From Eledone cirrhosa (lineage: Eukaryota), in the NCBI GenBank assembly GCA_964016885.1, contig OZ024749.1, positions 14,012,001 through 14,076,000 of the forward strand: a stretch of 64,000 nucleotides of DNA. The letters are read 5' to 3'. A program made the translations under genes and the position numbers. Shown piece by piece: positions 28,321-41,904 of this stretch (position 1 is its first letter; each line of letters starts with the position of its first letter). The notes below the pieces were generated by a model. The model was not told the DNA's origin. It did no database searches and saw only the letters and a program-made list of their open reading frames with translations.

Positions 28321-28760
28321 AAGGCACATGGCTTAGTGGTTAAAGGATTGGGCTTGCAATTGAAAGGTTGAGAGTTCAATTCTCGGACCGGGTGATGCGT
28401 TGTTTCCTTGAGCAAGACACTTTATTTCACATTGCTCCAGTTTACTCAGCTGTAGAAATGAGATGATAGGACTGGGGTCCCTATCATTCCGCTGCAAAAG
28501 TGGTCGTTGAGTTGCCACAGCAAAAAAGCACCCAGCCCTCACTGTAAAGTGGTCGTAGAGGTTCCACGGCAAAAAAGCACCCAGCCCACACCACAGTGTA
28601 AAGTGGACGTGTAGGCGCCACTGAAAAAAAAGCACCCAGCACTCACTGTAAATGAGGTTGGTGTTAGGAAGCGCATCCAGCTGTAGAAATCAAGCCAGAA
28701 TCAGTTACCATCCCACCCTTGCAAGCAGGGAAAGCGGAGGTAAAATGATGATGATGATTG
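28321..28760 (+). mobile_element. Composite SINE: tRNA-like head, ~3 internal 48-bp units, RTE-derived tail
   Basis: TGGCTTAGTGG / GAGTTCAATTC boxes; tail CCCACCCTTGCAAGCAGGGAAAGCGGAGGTAAAATGATGATG nearly identical to the RTE 3' end at 23567-23610. Confidence 0.8.
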
Positions 28761-28924
28761 ATATACAGGGTGTTGCCAAAAAATGTATACACTTCAACAT
28801 CATTCTAATAAAAGTGCATATACATTTTGTGTGATACAAAACACAAAAACAAGATGGTGTAGGACAGAACAAAGGAGACACAACATAAGAAATATGATAG
28901 GTCGCTCTTCAGTATCTCAATATA

Positions 28925-31500
28925 ACAAACACCAACACCACCTCCACCACTACACTGACTAGCAACACCACCAACACCCACCACTAACAACACCACCACC
29001 TTCACCCCAAGCAACACTCTCACCACCCTCACTACCGTCACCAAGAACATCACAACAAATACCATCACCAACATGACCCTCACCACCACCATGACCAACA
29101 ACACTCCACACCACCCCACCAATGAAGGTTCTATTGACACTTAAAATGTCAATAGAACTGTCATTGTCAGCAGTGTTAAATACTAATTAACTAGTGACTA
29201 CAACAACAGTAACAGTTACAGCGGTAACAACAACAACAACGGCTACAACAGTAACAACAACAACAACAGTAACAGCTATAACAGTTAACAGCAATAACAA
29301 CAACAGTAACAGCTATAACAGTTAACAGCAGTGACAACAACAGTAACAGCTATAACAGTTAACAGCAGTGACAACAACAACAGTAACAGCTATAACAGTT
29401 AACAGCAGTAACAACAACAACAGTAACAGCTATAACAGTAAACAGCAATAACAACAACAGTAACAGCTATAACAGTTAACAGCAGTAACAACAACAACAA
29501 TAATGACACTACCAACAACGGCAACAACAACAACAGCAACAACAACTACAGTGACAGCAACTACAATAACACCCACAGTAACAACAGCAACTACAACTAC
29601 AGTAACAACAACAGTAACTACAATAACTACAGTAACAATAAAAACAACTACAGTAACAACAAGAATAACAACAACAATAACTACAGTAACAATAAAAACA
29701 ACTACAGTAACAACAAGAATAACAACAACAATAACTACAATAACAACAACAACAGTAACAATAAAAACAACTACAGTAACAACAAGAACAACAACAACAA
29801 TAACTACAGTAACAACAATAATAATAGCAAAACTATTTAACTAGTAACCTTCCTCATTACTGTCTTAGATGTAAATATCAAATGTATTGGTGTTACCATC
29901 TACACTACACTACACTACACTACACTACACTACACTACACTACACTACACTACACTACACTACACCACTACACTACACCACTACACTACACCACTACATT
30001 ACACCACTACATTACACCACTACACTACACCACTACACTACACCACTACACTACACCACTACACCACACCACTACACTACTACACTGCACCACTACACTA
30101 CACTACACCACTACACTACACCACACCACTACACTATACCACTACATTACACCACTACATTACACCACTACATTACACCACTACACTACACTACACTACA
30201 CCACTACACTACACCACTACACTACACCACACCACTACACTACACCACTACATTACACCACTACATTACACCACTACATTACACCACTACATTACACCAC
30301 TACACTACACTACACTACACCACTACACTACACCACTACACTACACCACTACACGACTACACCACTATACTACATTACACCACTACACTACACTACACCA
30401 CACTACACCACTACACTAAACCACTACATTACACCACTACACTACACCATTACACTACACCACTACACTACACCACTGCACTACACCACTACACTACACT
30501 ACACCACTACACTACACTACACTACACCACTACACTACACTACTACACTACACCACTACACTACAACACTACACTACACCACTACACCACTACAATACAC
30601 CACTACACTACTACACTACAACACTACACTACACTACTACACTACACTACTACACTACAACACTACACTACACCACTACACTACACTACACCACTACACC
30701 ACTACACTACACTACACTACACTACACTACACTACACTACACCACTACACTACACCACTACACTACACCACTACATTACACCACTACATTACACCACTAC
30801 ACTACAACACTACACTACACCACTACACTACACTACAACACCACTACACTACACCAACACCACCACCACCATCAACACCACCACCACCATCAACACCACC
30901 ATCAACACCGACACCACCACCACCAACACCACCACCAACACTAACACCACCACCATCAACACCGACAACAACAACACCACCACCAACAACACCAACACCA
31001 ACACCACCACCACCAACAACACCAACAACACCACCACCAACACCACCACCACCAACACCAACACCAACACCAACACAACCACCAACACCAACACCACCAC
31101 CACCACCAACACCAACACCACCAACAACAACACCACCACCAACACCGCCACCAACAACAACAACACCGCCACCAACAACAACACCACCACCAACACCACC
31201 AACAACACCAAGCTATTAATTGTCAGTTTTATTAATTAAATCTCACTCTTGTAATTCAGTTTTAATTAGGTGAATTAATGAAAATATCCGGAGACATTGA
31301 AGTAATTAAGTTAATAACAGTTTGCTCCTCATCTTCTTCTTATGTTCTCCTCCTCTTCCTCATCCTATCCCTTCCTCCTCCTCTCCTCCTCCTCTCCTCT
31401 TCCTCCTCCTCCTCTCCTCTTCCTCCCCATCCTCTCCCTCCCTCCATCCTCATTCTCATCCTCTCCCTCTCCCTCCCCATTCTCCTCCTCATCCTCTTCT
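28925..31500. repeat. Compound simple-repeat block: (ACC/AAC)n, (ACTAC)n, (CCT)n
   Basis: Visible. Confidence 0.9.
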
Positions 31501-31506
31501 TCATCC

Positions 31507-34500
31507 AAAAGTATTAACCATCTTACCAACAACAAACCTGAGCATCTTTTTGATCTCCATGTGTCTAACACCCGTGGGGATGCCTACAAAGTCAGAAAAC
31601 AGCACAGCTCCCATGGACCAACTACCTACATCAGTCGTTAGCTGTCGAGATACTGCATCCTTTAAAACTTCCATGGAACAAACTACCTGCATCAGTTGTT
31701 AGCTGTCGAGACACAGCATCCTTTAAAACTTCCATGGAACAACTACCTACATCAGTTGTTAGCTGTCGAGATACTGCATCCTTTAAAACTTCCATGGAAC
31801 AAACTACCTACATCAGTTGTTAGCTGTCAGGACACTGCATCCTTTAAAACTTCCATGGAACAAACTACCTACATCAGTTGTTAGCTGTCGAGATACTGCA
31901 TCCTTTAAAACTTCCATGGAACAAACTACCTACATCAGTTGTTAGCTGTCAGGACACTGCATCCTTTAAAACTTCCATGGAACAAACTACCTGCATCAGT
32001 TGTTAGCTGTCAGGACACTGCATCCTTTAAAACCTCCATGGATCAAACTACCTGCATCAGTTGTTAGCTGTCAGGACACTGCATCCTTTAAAACTTCCAT
32101 GGAACAAACTACCTGCATCAGTTGTTAGCTGTCAGGACACTGCATCCTTTAAAACCTCCATGGAACAAACTACCTGCATCAGTTGTTAGCTGTCGAGATA
32201 CTGCATCCTTTAAAACCTCCATGGAACAAACTACCTGGATCAGTTGTTAGCTGTCAGGACACTGCATCCTTTAAAACTTCCATGGAACAAACTACCTGCA
32301 TCAGTTGTTAGCTGTCAGGACACTGCATCCTTTAAAACCTCCATGGAACAAACTACCTGCATCAGTTGTTAGCTGTCAGGACACTGCATCCTTTAAAACC
32401 TCCATGGAACAAACTACCTGCATCAGTTGTTAGCTGTCAGGACACTGCATCCTTTAAAACCTCCATGGAACAAACTACCTGCATCAGTTGTTAGCTGTCG
32501 AGATACTGCATCCTTTAAAACTTCCATGGAACAAACTACCTGGATCAGTTGTTAGCTGTCGAGATACTACATCCTTTAAAACCTCCATGGAACAAACTAC
32601 CTGCATCAGTTGTTAGCTGTCGAGATACTGCATCCTTTAAAACCTCCATGGAACAAACTACCTGGATCAGTTGTTAGCTGTCGAGACACTGCATCCTTTA
32701 AAACTTCCATGGAACAAACTACCTGCATCAGTTGTTAGCTGTCAGGACACTGCATCCTATAAATAAAACCTCCATGGAACAAACTACCTACATCAGTTGT
32801 TAGCTGTCGAGATACTGCATCCTTTAAAACTTCCATGGAACAAACTACCTACATCAGTTGTTAGCTGTCAGGACACTGCATCCTTTAAAACTTCCATGGA
32901 ACAAACTACCTGCATCAGTTGTTAGCTGTCAGAACACTGCATCCTTTAAAACCTCCATGGAACAAACTACCTACATCAGTTGTTAGCTGTCGAGATACTG
33001 CATCCTTTAAAACTTCCATGGAACAAACTACCTGGATCAGTTGTTAGCTGTCGAGATACTGCATCCTTTAAAACTTCCATGGAACAAACTACCTGCATCA
33101 GTTGTTAGCTGTCGAGATACTGCATCCTTTAAAACTTCCATGGAACAAACTACCTGGATCAGTTGTTAGCTGTCGAGATACTGCATCCTTTAAAACTTCC
33201 ATGGAACAAACTACCTACATCAGTTGTTAGCTGTCAGGACACTGCATCCTTTAAAACTTCCATGGAACAAACTACCTGCATCAGTTGTTAGCTGTCAGGA
33301 CACTGCATCCTTTAAAACCTCCATGGAACAAACTACCTACATCAGTTGTTAGCTGTCGAGATACTGCATCCTTTAAAACTTCCATGGAACAAACTACCTG
33401 GATCAGTTGTTAGCTGTCGAGATACTGCATCCTTTAAAACTTCCATGGAACAAACTACCTGCATCAGTTGTTAGCTGTCGAGATACTGCATCCTTTAAAA
33501 CTTCCATGGAACAAACTACCTGGATCAGTTGTTAGCTGTCGAGATACTGCATCCTTTAAAACTTCCATGGAACAAACTACCTACATCAGTTGTTAGCTGT
33601 CAGGACACTGCATCCTTTAAAACTTCCATGGAACAAACTACCTACATCAGTTGTTAGCTGTCAGGACACTGCATCCTTTAAAACTTCCATGGAACAAACT
33701 ACCTACATCAGTTGTTAGCTGTCAGGACACTGCATCCTTTAAAACTTCCATGGAACAAACTACCTGCATCAGTTGTTAGCTGTCGAGATACTGCATCCTT
33801 TAAAACTTCCATGGAACAAACTACCTGGATCAGTTGTTAGCTGTCGAGACACAGCATCCTTTAAAACTTCCATGGAACAACTACCTACATCAGTTGTTAG
33901 CTGTCGAGATACTGCATCCTTTAAAACCTCCATGAAACAACTACCTACATCAGTTGTTAGCTGTCAAGACACTGCATCCTTTCAAACTTCCATGGAACAA
34001 ACTACCTACATCAGTTGTTAGCTGTCAGGACACTGCATCCTTTAAAACCTCCATGGAACAAACTACCTACATCAGTTGTTAGCTGTCAGGACACTGCATC
34101 CTTTAAAACTTCCATGGAACAAACTACCTGCATCAGTTGTTAGCAGTCAAGACAACTGCATCCTTTAAAACTTCCATGGAACAAACTACCTGCATCAGTT
34201 GTTAGCAGTCAAGACACTGCATCCTTTCAAACTTCCATGGAACAAACTACCTACATCAGTTGTTAGCTGTCAGGACACTGCATCCTTTAAAACTTCCATG
34301 GAACAAACTACCTACATCAGTTGTTAGCTGTCAGGACACTGCATCCTTTAAAACTTCCATGCTTCCTGAAATTCACCAACACTACACCTGATATTCCCCC
34401 GCCAGACACACACACGCATGTGTGTGTGTCTGTGTGTATATTAAGACTCATACACTGTTCACTTTCCTGACATTTGTACATTATTCTATGTACATGAATA

Positions 34501-34550
34501 AAGCACCTTTGATGAGTTGTTGTGCACCTGAGCACTGTACACAATAATTT
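31507..34550 (+). mobile_element. CR1-clade LINE 3' end split by a satellite
   Basis: INHLTNNKPEHLFDLHVSNTRGDAYKVRK (TRGH-like motif) ... WNKLPASVVSCRDTASFK ... MLPEIHQHYT* and 3' UTR. Confidence 0.7.
31609..34361 (+). repeat. 61-bp satellite, ~45 copies
   Basis: Unit TCCATGGAACAAACTACCTGCATCAGTTGTTAGCTGTCAGGACACTGCATCCTTTAAAACT. Confidence 0.97.
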
Positions 34551-34555
34551 TCATT

Positions 34556-34737
34556 TTGGCAGTATCGGTAGTGAGTCAGACGCCATGCTTTGCAGCATAG
34601 AGTTACGCCCTTTATTTTCTGAGTTCAAATCCCGCCGAGGTTCACTTTGCCTTTCATCCTTACGGGGTCGATAAAATAAAGTACCAGTAATGCACTGGGC
34701 TAATTGCTGGCCTTGTGCCAAAAGTAGAAAATTATTA
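34556..34737 (+). mobile_element. SINE-A
   Basis: A/B boxes, core and tail. Confidence 0.88.
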
Positions 34738-35116
34738 TATCATTGTATCATTTTCTTATCCTCCCCACCAGTTCTTCGCCCTTCCTCCCCACCTCTTCTT
34801 CCCCCTTCCTCTCCTACATCATGCCCCTCCTCTCACACATCCCCCTCCTCCTCCACTCACCACAGTGACTAACTACCTAGTATTCTCTCAGAGTTCCTGA
34901 GGCAAACACCGTAACCACTAAGCCATGCACCACTACACACACACACTGATAGTAAGGGTGTAATGAATGATAGCACAGTGGCCTGGATAACCAAATATGT
35001 GGGTTTGACTCCCATGTACGTCAATACTCGTCTTTTTCCATTTCTTAGAGGTTTTTAAAAAACTCAGTATTGGGATAATTTTCTTTAGTCAGAATACACC
35101 AAAAGGTTCTATTTAC

Positions 35117-35168
<52 letters not shown>

Positions 35169-35364
35169 AAAATGAGGGGGTTTTTTAATGAAAAAAAATG
35201 AGATGTCCTACACGAGTGAAAGTATAAGGAAAAGAAATCGAAAATGCAGCTGGAGTCTTTTAAAGAATATTTATTTTTCTTTACCAGATTCACAGTTCTT
35301 ATGCTTTTCAAAAGTAGAATTGAGATGGAGGGTTTGTGGTTTTTCTCGCATCTATATATATATA

Positions 35365-35888
35365 CAGTGTATCTTCGCTTATCCGGATATCGCTTTTCCG
35401 AAATTCAATTTACAGGACGGCTATTTCTATACTACGCATGCAGAAGCATATCATCATATAGACCAATTTTTAACATATTTGAGGTATGAGGGACTGGTGG
35501 ATCCGGTTAGCACTGCGACATGTTTACGTTGGCGGGAAATGGTAGCGGAACGACGAGCTTCGGCGCGAAAACAATCTTCTATTTATTCATTTTTAAAAAA
35601 GTACTAACTTTTTATGGTTTGACTCAATTCAGTTTTACCAAGTTTTTAGTTATTCTTATGTTTGTTTAATTAATTTTCTTATAAATACTAGCTGTTCTTT
35701 TGTTATTCTAATAAACTTTTTTTACTTAGCATTTGTCTTTTATTTTGACTAAAAGAAGCCAAAACATTAGAAACCAGGAGCATTATGTAACAATGGGATT
35801 TTAGAATTCACTTGTCTGGATATTTCACTTAACCGGATCTTTTTCTAACTGTTTGGTTTTGGCCATCCGGATAAGCAAAGATGCACTG
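35365..35888 (+). mobile_element. pogo/Tigger-like internally deleted element
   Basis: TA-flanked ~24-bp TIRs CAGTGTATCTTCGCTTATCCGGAT; residual C-terminus ...RRASARKQSSIYSFLKKY*. Confidence 0.8.
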
Positions 35889-36391
35889 TATATATTTGTT
35901 TTGCAAGGTTTTTGACATGATCAAATATTGTTATATTTGAAACAAATATTGTTAAATATTGTGTTGAAACAAATATTGTTATATTTGGGGAGGGTCATAT
36001 TGTTATATTGCCAGAAATAATAATAGAACACACTCACTGTTTGGTTTGGATTGGTTTTCGCTTCTGAATCTTTTATATCTCCATAGTTAATTTATCTGTC
36101 AATCAATGTTTACCATTGATTGACCAAGCTCTTTATAAAACAGTAAGGAGAGAAATACACATAATGATATGTGGATTATAGGGGATATAATACCACCAGG
36201 CAGGATAATGAACATACTAGCTATGGATGGAACGGTGAATACAAATTAATTAAAAGAATAAATAATATATATATATTACTAACAAGAATAAGGATGTCAT
36301 GTCTGAAAAAATTCCAGACAAGCTTCTACATCACCTGCAAAGAAAGCACTAAGAAATTTATGTTCTTACATCCATTACAAAGTATTTCCTG

Positions 36392-36606
36392 TTAACCCTT
36401 TAATGTTCAAACCGACCAAAACCGGCCAGAATTCCCTACCTCTTTCTGTTGAAACTGGCTGTAACCGGTCGTTCTAACTGATGTTAAGGTATTGTTCTCA
36501 AAATAAATACTTTAAAAATCTCATAGATTCGATATTATGTAAGGTAAAGCCTTTACCATGAAAATACAATAGTATATATAGAGTAATGTAAATGTTAAAG
36601 GGTTAA
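36392..36606 (-). mobile_element. piggyBac-like MITE, family A
   Basis: TTAA-CCCTTTAA ... TTAAAGGG-TTAA; reverse-orientation copy. Confidence 0.82.
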
Positions 36607-37464
36607 TGTTTGATATATTTATGTATATGTCAATCGGTTTTTAATTTATCATCATCATCATCATACGTCCGCTTTTCCCTGCTTGCAAGGTTTATATATA
36701 TATATATATATATGAAAGAGTTGGGATTCCACAGTCTGGAGCTAGCTGTTGAAACAGGAAGAGCTCAGACGTCTGGGTCCCGAATTTTTCATATAACCAC
36801 ACTCTACTACTCCAAGTATTGAGTACTCTGGTGAATAATTGTCTAAACAGATTCTTACTTCATCCATCTTCATTTATACATATATATATATATAGGAAAA
36901 GAGTCAGGAGCCCGACGGCTGAGCTCCGACTGTTTCAACAGCTAGATCCGAACGCAGTTCAGATCTAGCTGTTGAAACACTCTACTCCCTAAGTATTGAG
37001 TACTCTGGTGCGTTATAGTCCACCTGGTATCTTATCACACATTTTTTGTTATATATATATAAAACCAACCTATGGAAAAATGGATGTAAAATCAACAACT
37101 ATGATGATGATAGTGATGATATATATATATAGTATAAACAAAGTTTCATACACTTAACATGTACATGCTACCAATGGTTTCGGGCTCCAGTCATGGCCAC
37201 CACTGTTTATCCAATGAGGCGCTTTGAAACTTCATTACTTATTGTAGGTCGACTTTGCTTGGCCACAGCCAAAGCTTCGATTTTACTAAGCATCCACTTG
37301 TGTGTGTGTGTATATGTGTGTGTGTATATATATATATGAGTGTGTGTATATATATATATGAGTGTGTGTGTATATATGTGTGTATGTATATATATATATG
37401 TGTGTGTGTGTATGTATATGTGTGTATGTGTGTGTGTGTGTATGTATATGTGTGTATGTGTGTG

Positions 37465-37496
<32 letters not shown>

Positions 37497-37500
37497 CATA

Positions 37501-38383
37501 CGAGGTGTGTCAGAAAAGTTCCAGGACTGATGTCACAAAAGATTTATTCGAAACCTAAACTTCACACTAAGAGTTTTCTCCTTCAAAGTAATCCCCCTAG
37601 AGTATGTAACTGTAATCTTAGCTCTCTGCAGCGATCAAACTTTTTTCTTCATAATTTTATATACAGCTCCTCTGTTTCAGGTCGTCAAGCAATGAGCACA
37701 GAGCAACGAACAAACTTGAAATTTCTGGTACGATTGCTGCAGCAAGTGTATGGAGATGAGACGATGTCACGCTCATATGTTTTTGTGTGGTGCAAGTGAT
37801 TTAAAGAAGGACGCGAGGACGTGGAAGATGACCCCATAAGCGGAAGGCCCCCAACAACCAGGACTGAGGTCAACGTTGAGCGCGTCAGGCAGATGGTGCG
37901 TAGCAACCGTCGGCTGACTGTTCGACTGATGGCAAATGAGCTGGGCATGAATCGGGACAGCATCTGGAAGATTCTCACTGAAGATTTGGACATGCGGAAA
38001 GTCTGCGCGAAGATGGTGCCAAAACTGCTGAACGATGACCAGAAGGGTTGACACATGCAAGTGTGCCAGGACATCCTCGAGCGTCTTGAAACCAAGCCAG
38101 ACTTGCTAGGGACAGTCATCACTGGTGAAGAGTCATGGATCTTCGAGAACGACCCGGAGGGGACCCGTTTTGAAGATGTACACGACATCAAAAAGTCCAT
38201 GACGACGGAACTGCGGAGGATCCCGGAAGAATCCTTCCAGGAGTGCATGTGTGGCAGAAAAGGATGGAAAAGTGCATTAGACTCAAGGGGGATTACTTTG
38301 AAGGAGAAAACTCTTAGTGTGAAGTTTGGGTTTGAAATAGATCTTTTGTGACATCAGTTCTGGAACTTTTCTGACACACCTTG
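37501..38383 (+). mobile_element. Mariner DNA transposon, internally deleted, ~103-bp TIRs
   Basis: TA flanks; TIR CGAGGTGTGTCAGAAAAGTTCCAG...; transposase remnant inside. Confidence 0.92.
37692..38317 (+). pseudogene. Mariner transposase pseudogene
   Basis: MSTEQRTNLKF, SGRP, RRLTVR, RKVCAKMVPKLL, VITGEESWIF, GDYFEG*; in-frame stops; most of the DDD domain including YSPDL is missing. Confidence 0.88.
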
Positions 38384-38467
38384 TATATATATATAGGAAA
38401 AGAGTCAGGACCCCAACAGCTGAGCTCTGGCTGTTTCGACAGCTAGACCCGAACTAACTCAGCAGTA

Positions 38468-38506
<39 letters not shown>

Positions 38507-39574
38507 ACACACACACATACACACACAATATATATATATGTATACACACACACACAAATATATGTATATACACACACACACATATATATATGTATACACA
38601 CACACACACACACACATACTTATACAGAGTGTCCCCCAAAAATATATACACACTTCAAAAGCATTCTAATAAATATTGCCTGTACAGGTAATCAAGGTGT
38701 GTATGCATTTTTGGGGGACACCTTGTATACACACATATATATATATCATGTGTCTTTGTAACAACCGGAATGGAATGTCATAGTGCAGTGTCACATTAAT
38801 CAAGTAGTAAAGGATTAGAGAAGGTATTACATACCTGATATTTTAATCCAGGTGTGTTGATTATGAAATAATGTTTTTAAATATATTTTTTTATTTTCGA
38901 GGGATACAATATAATGAATAGGTTCTATTGTGGGTTTTTTGGGTTGCTACCATAGTTACCAACACAAATAATGAATTCTATAACCTTTTCAGGTTGGTAG
39001 AAAGATACCAAAGGCATGCTGATAGCCATCATCATCATCATCATCATTTAACATCTGTTTTTTGCTGCTAGCAAGTGTTGGGTGGATTATCATAGGTGAA
39101 GGCAGTACTCAAGCAAAGCTTTTGACCTCTCAAATGGGCCAGGGGTCTGAATCTCGCCTACATACATTCAAATACTTTATCAAATCAAGTGCTCAGATGA
39201 TCCTGGGGTTTGCATCTTGTTTATATATATTCCCATACGTTATCAAGTGCTCAGACAGACCTGGGAGCTTGTGTCTTGCTTATATACATTCCCATATTTT
39301 ACCAAGTGCTCAGAAGGGCCTGAGAGCTTGAATTTCACTTATATACCTTCTTACTGAGAGCACCAGCTCTAAGAGAGGTTGCCATGTCTTTGACACAGCT
39401 GAAGAGTTCCCCCTCACCTTCCAAATTCTTTATTATTTCAAAATTATTTGTAAATCATAGACAGTGTCTTTCATAAGAAATATGGTCACAAAAGGGTTAG
39501 TGTTTATATTTATTTCATCATGATTTTATGTACAAACCTCTGTAAAGTTATGTTCCAAGCACTATAGTGACTAT

Positions 39575-39767
39575 TATTACTCTATATTCACTATTGTATT
39601 TTCACAATGAAGGCTTTATCTCACATAATATTTAATCTATAGGATTTTGATATTATTTATTTTGAGAGCAATTTTTTAACGTCAGTATAAGTGACCAGTT
39701 ACAGCCGGTTTGAACAGAAAGAGGAAAGAACTCTGGCCGAATATTGTTGGTTTAAATGCTAAAGGGT
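39575..39767 (+). mobile_element. MITE family A, partial
   Basis: Body plus right TIR TAAATGCTAAAGGG. Confidence 0.7.
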
Positions 39768-40022
39768 AGGATTAAAGTGTTTATACTTATCTAAAAACCT
39801 CTCATAATTTTATGTACAATCCTTTGTTAAGTTAACACATTTCTAATAACACATAGACAGTGTTATTAGAAATATATAGATATTAAAGGATTAAAGTGTT
39901 CATATTTATCTAAAACCCTTCCAACATGATTTTATGTACAAACATTTAACTTAATAATGGGAAAGTTTGATATATTTCTAAATCCCTCCAAATTTGTGAT
40001 TGTTTTGTAATTGAAAATGATA

Positions 40023-40787
40023 AGCAGTGTCTTTCATTAGAAATATGGTAATGAAAAGATTAAAGACATAGGCAGTGTCTTTTATTAGAAATATAGTAAT
40101 GAAAGGGTTAATGACATAGGCAGTGTCTTTCATTAGAAATATGATAATTATTTCTACTTTTGGCACAAGGCCAGCAATTATCCCAGTGCATTACTGGTAC
40201 TTTATTTTGTCGACCCCGTAAGGATGAAAGGCAAAGTTAACCTCAGTGGGATTTGAACTTAGACCGTAAAGGACCGTAACTCTATGCTGCAAAGCATGGT
40301 GTCCGACTCTCTACCGATACTGCCAATCCACCGCCCTCTAGAAATATGATAATGAAAGGGTTAATGACATAGACAGTGTCTTTCATTAGATATATGGTAA
40401 TGAAAGGGTTAATGACATAGACAGTGTCTTTCATTAGATATATGGTAATGAAAGGGTTAATGACATAGACAGTGTCTTTCATTAGAAATATGATAATGAA
40501 AGGGTTAATGACATAGACGGTGTCTTTCATTAGAAATATGATAATGAAAGGGTTAATGACATAGACAGTGTCTTTCATTAGATATATGGTAATGAAAGGG
40601 TTAATGACATAGACAGTGTCTTTCATTAGATATATGGTAATGAAAGGGTTAATGACATAGACAGTGTCTTTCATTAGAAATATGATAATGAAAGGGTTAA
40701 TGACATAGACAGTGTCTTTCATTAGAAATATGGTAATGAAAGGGTTAATGACATAGACAGTGTCTTTCATTAGAAATATGGTAACAA
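40023..40787. repeat. 48-bp minisatellite containing a MITE-B right terminus, interrupted by SINE-A
   Basis: Unit AATGAAAGGGTTAATGACATAGACAGTGTCTTTCATTAGAAATATGGT. Confidence 0.85.
40149..40338 (-). mobile_element. Full-length SINE-A with 15-bp TSD
   Basis: TAGAAATATGATAAT at 40134-40148 and 40339-40353. Confidence 0.88.
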
Positions 40788-41180
40788 ATCCCTTTGTTAA
40801 TACAACCCCTTTGTTAATACAACCCCTTTGTTAATACAACCCCTTTAATTAACCAAAGTGAACTGACATTGACTGAATATGGGAATCCTGTCACAATCGA
40901 TCTTTAGAGAGCAGAGGTTTACCTGTTATTTTAACATACAATAACCACACCTTAATATTATCCACTCTCATAAATTGATGATGTATTTGGTTTTCACTTG
41001 TCTTCATCAATAGATAACAATATTAATGACATATCAAACATTGACAGTTTAATTGGGAAATGTCATCATAATCAAATTAAAATCTTTTAACATATTTTTA
41101 TGTAACAACTTTTTATTAGGTTTACTTCTTTTTCTTAAGTGAGAGAACTTTATTCCACATGCCTCTGCCATTAGTTAAAC

Positions 41181-41469
41181 TTAACCCTTTACCATTTACA
41201 TTACTCTATATATACTATTATATTTTCACAGTAAAGGCTTTACCTCACATAATTATCTCACTTTACCATTTACATTACTCTATATTTAATATTATATTTT
41301 CATGGTAAAGGCTTTATCTCATATAATTATCTCACATAATATCGAATCTATGAAGTTTTGATATTAATTTTGAGAACAATACCTTTACATCAGTATGAGT
41401 AGCCAGTTTGAACAGAAGGAGGTGAGAGAACTCTTGTGAGATACAGCTGGTTTAAATGCTAAAAGGTTA
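41181..41469 (+). mobile_element. MITE family A with a tandem duplication of its left segment
   Basis: TTTACCATTTACATTACTCTAT...GGCTTTA..ATTATCTCAC present twice. Confidence 0.8.
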
Positions 41470-41904
41470 TGGGTCAGTCTACCTCATACTCCCTGTAGTA
41501 TGAGGTGGACTAGTTTAATGTATAAGTTAAATAATACTAACAACGATGTTTTGATAAATAGACTGTAGGCCTGTTTTACAAGCTCCTGCGATGTTTGAAC
41601 TAAATATCCACTGATTTAGACACAAATAGTAAAATGACATGGTTGCATGTCTTGCTAAGACTTCTCAAAAAACCAGTTTTTTGTTGTTTTGCAGCATCTA
41701 TTATATTATAATGGTTTCTAATTTTAACACAAGGTCAGCAGTTGTGTGTGTGTGTGTCTTGAATAATCGTTTCCCCACCCCCACCTATTTTTCAGACCCC
41801 CCCCTCCCATTTATTTCAAACCCCCACTTATAAGAATTTAAGCAAATGACCCCCCACCCACCCACTCACACACTTATTCCAACCCTCCTATTATTTGGGA
41901 CCTG

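Noticed and set aside
29882-31239. His/Thr/Pro-rich mucin- or extensin-like ORFs
   Set aside because: Pure (ACTAC)n/(ACC)n microsatellite; the same applies to the His-, Gly- and Val-rich ORFs at 5800-7500 and 10400-12100
31609-34361. CRISPR-like regular array (also considered for 1241-1881)
   Set aside because: No unique spacers and no cas genes; eukaryotic context
37161-37200. Minus-strand GAAACCATTGGTA hammerhead 3' half (similar halves near 43215 and 60115)
   Set aside because: CUGANGA half absent; at most truncated remnants
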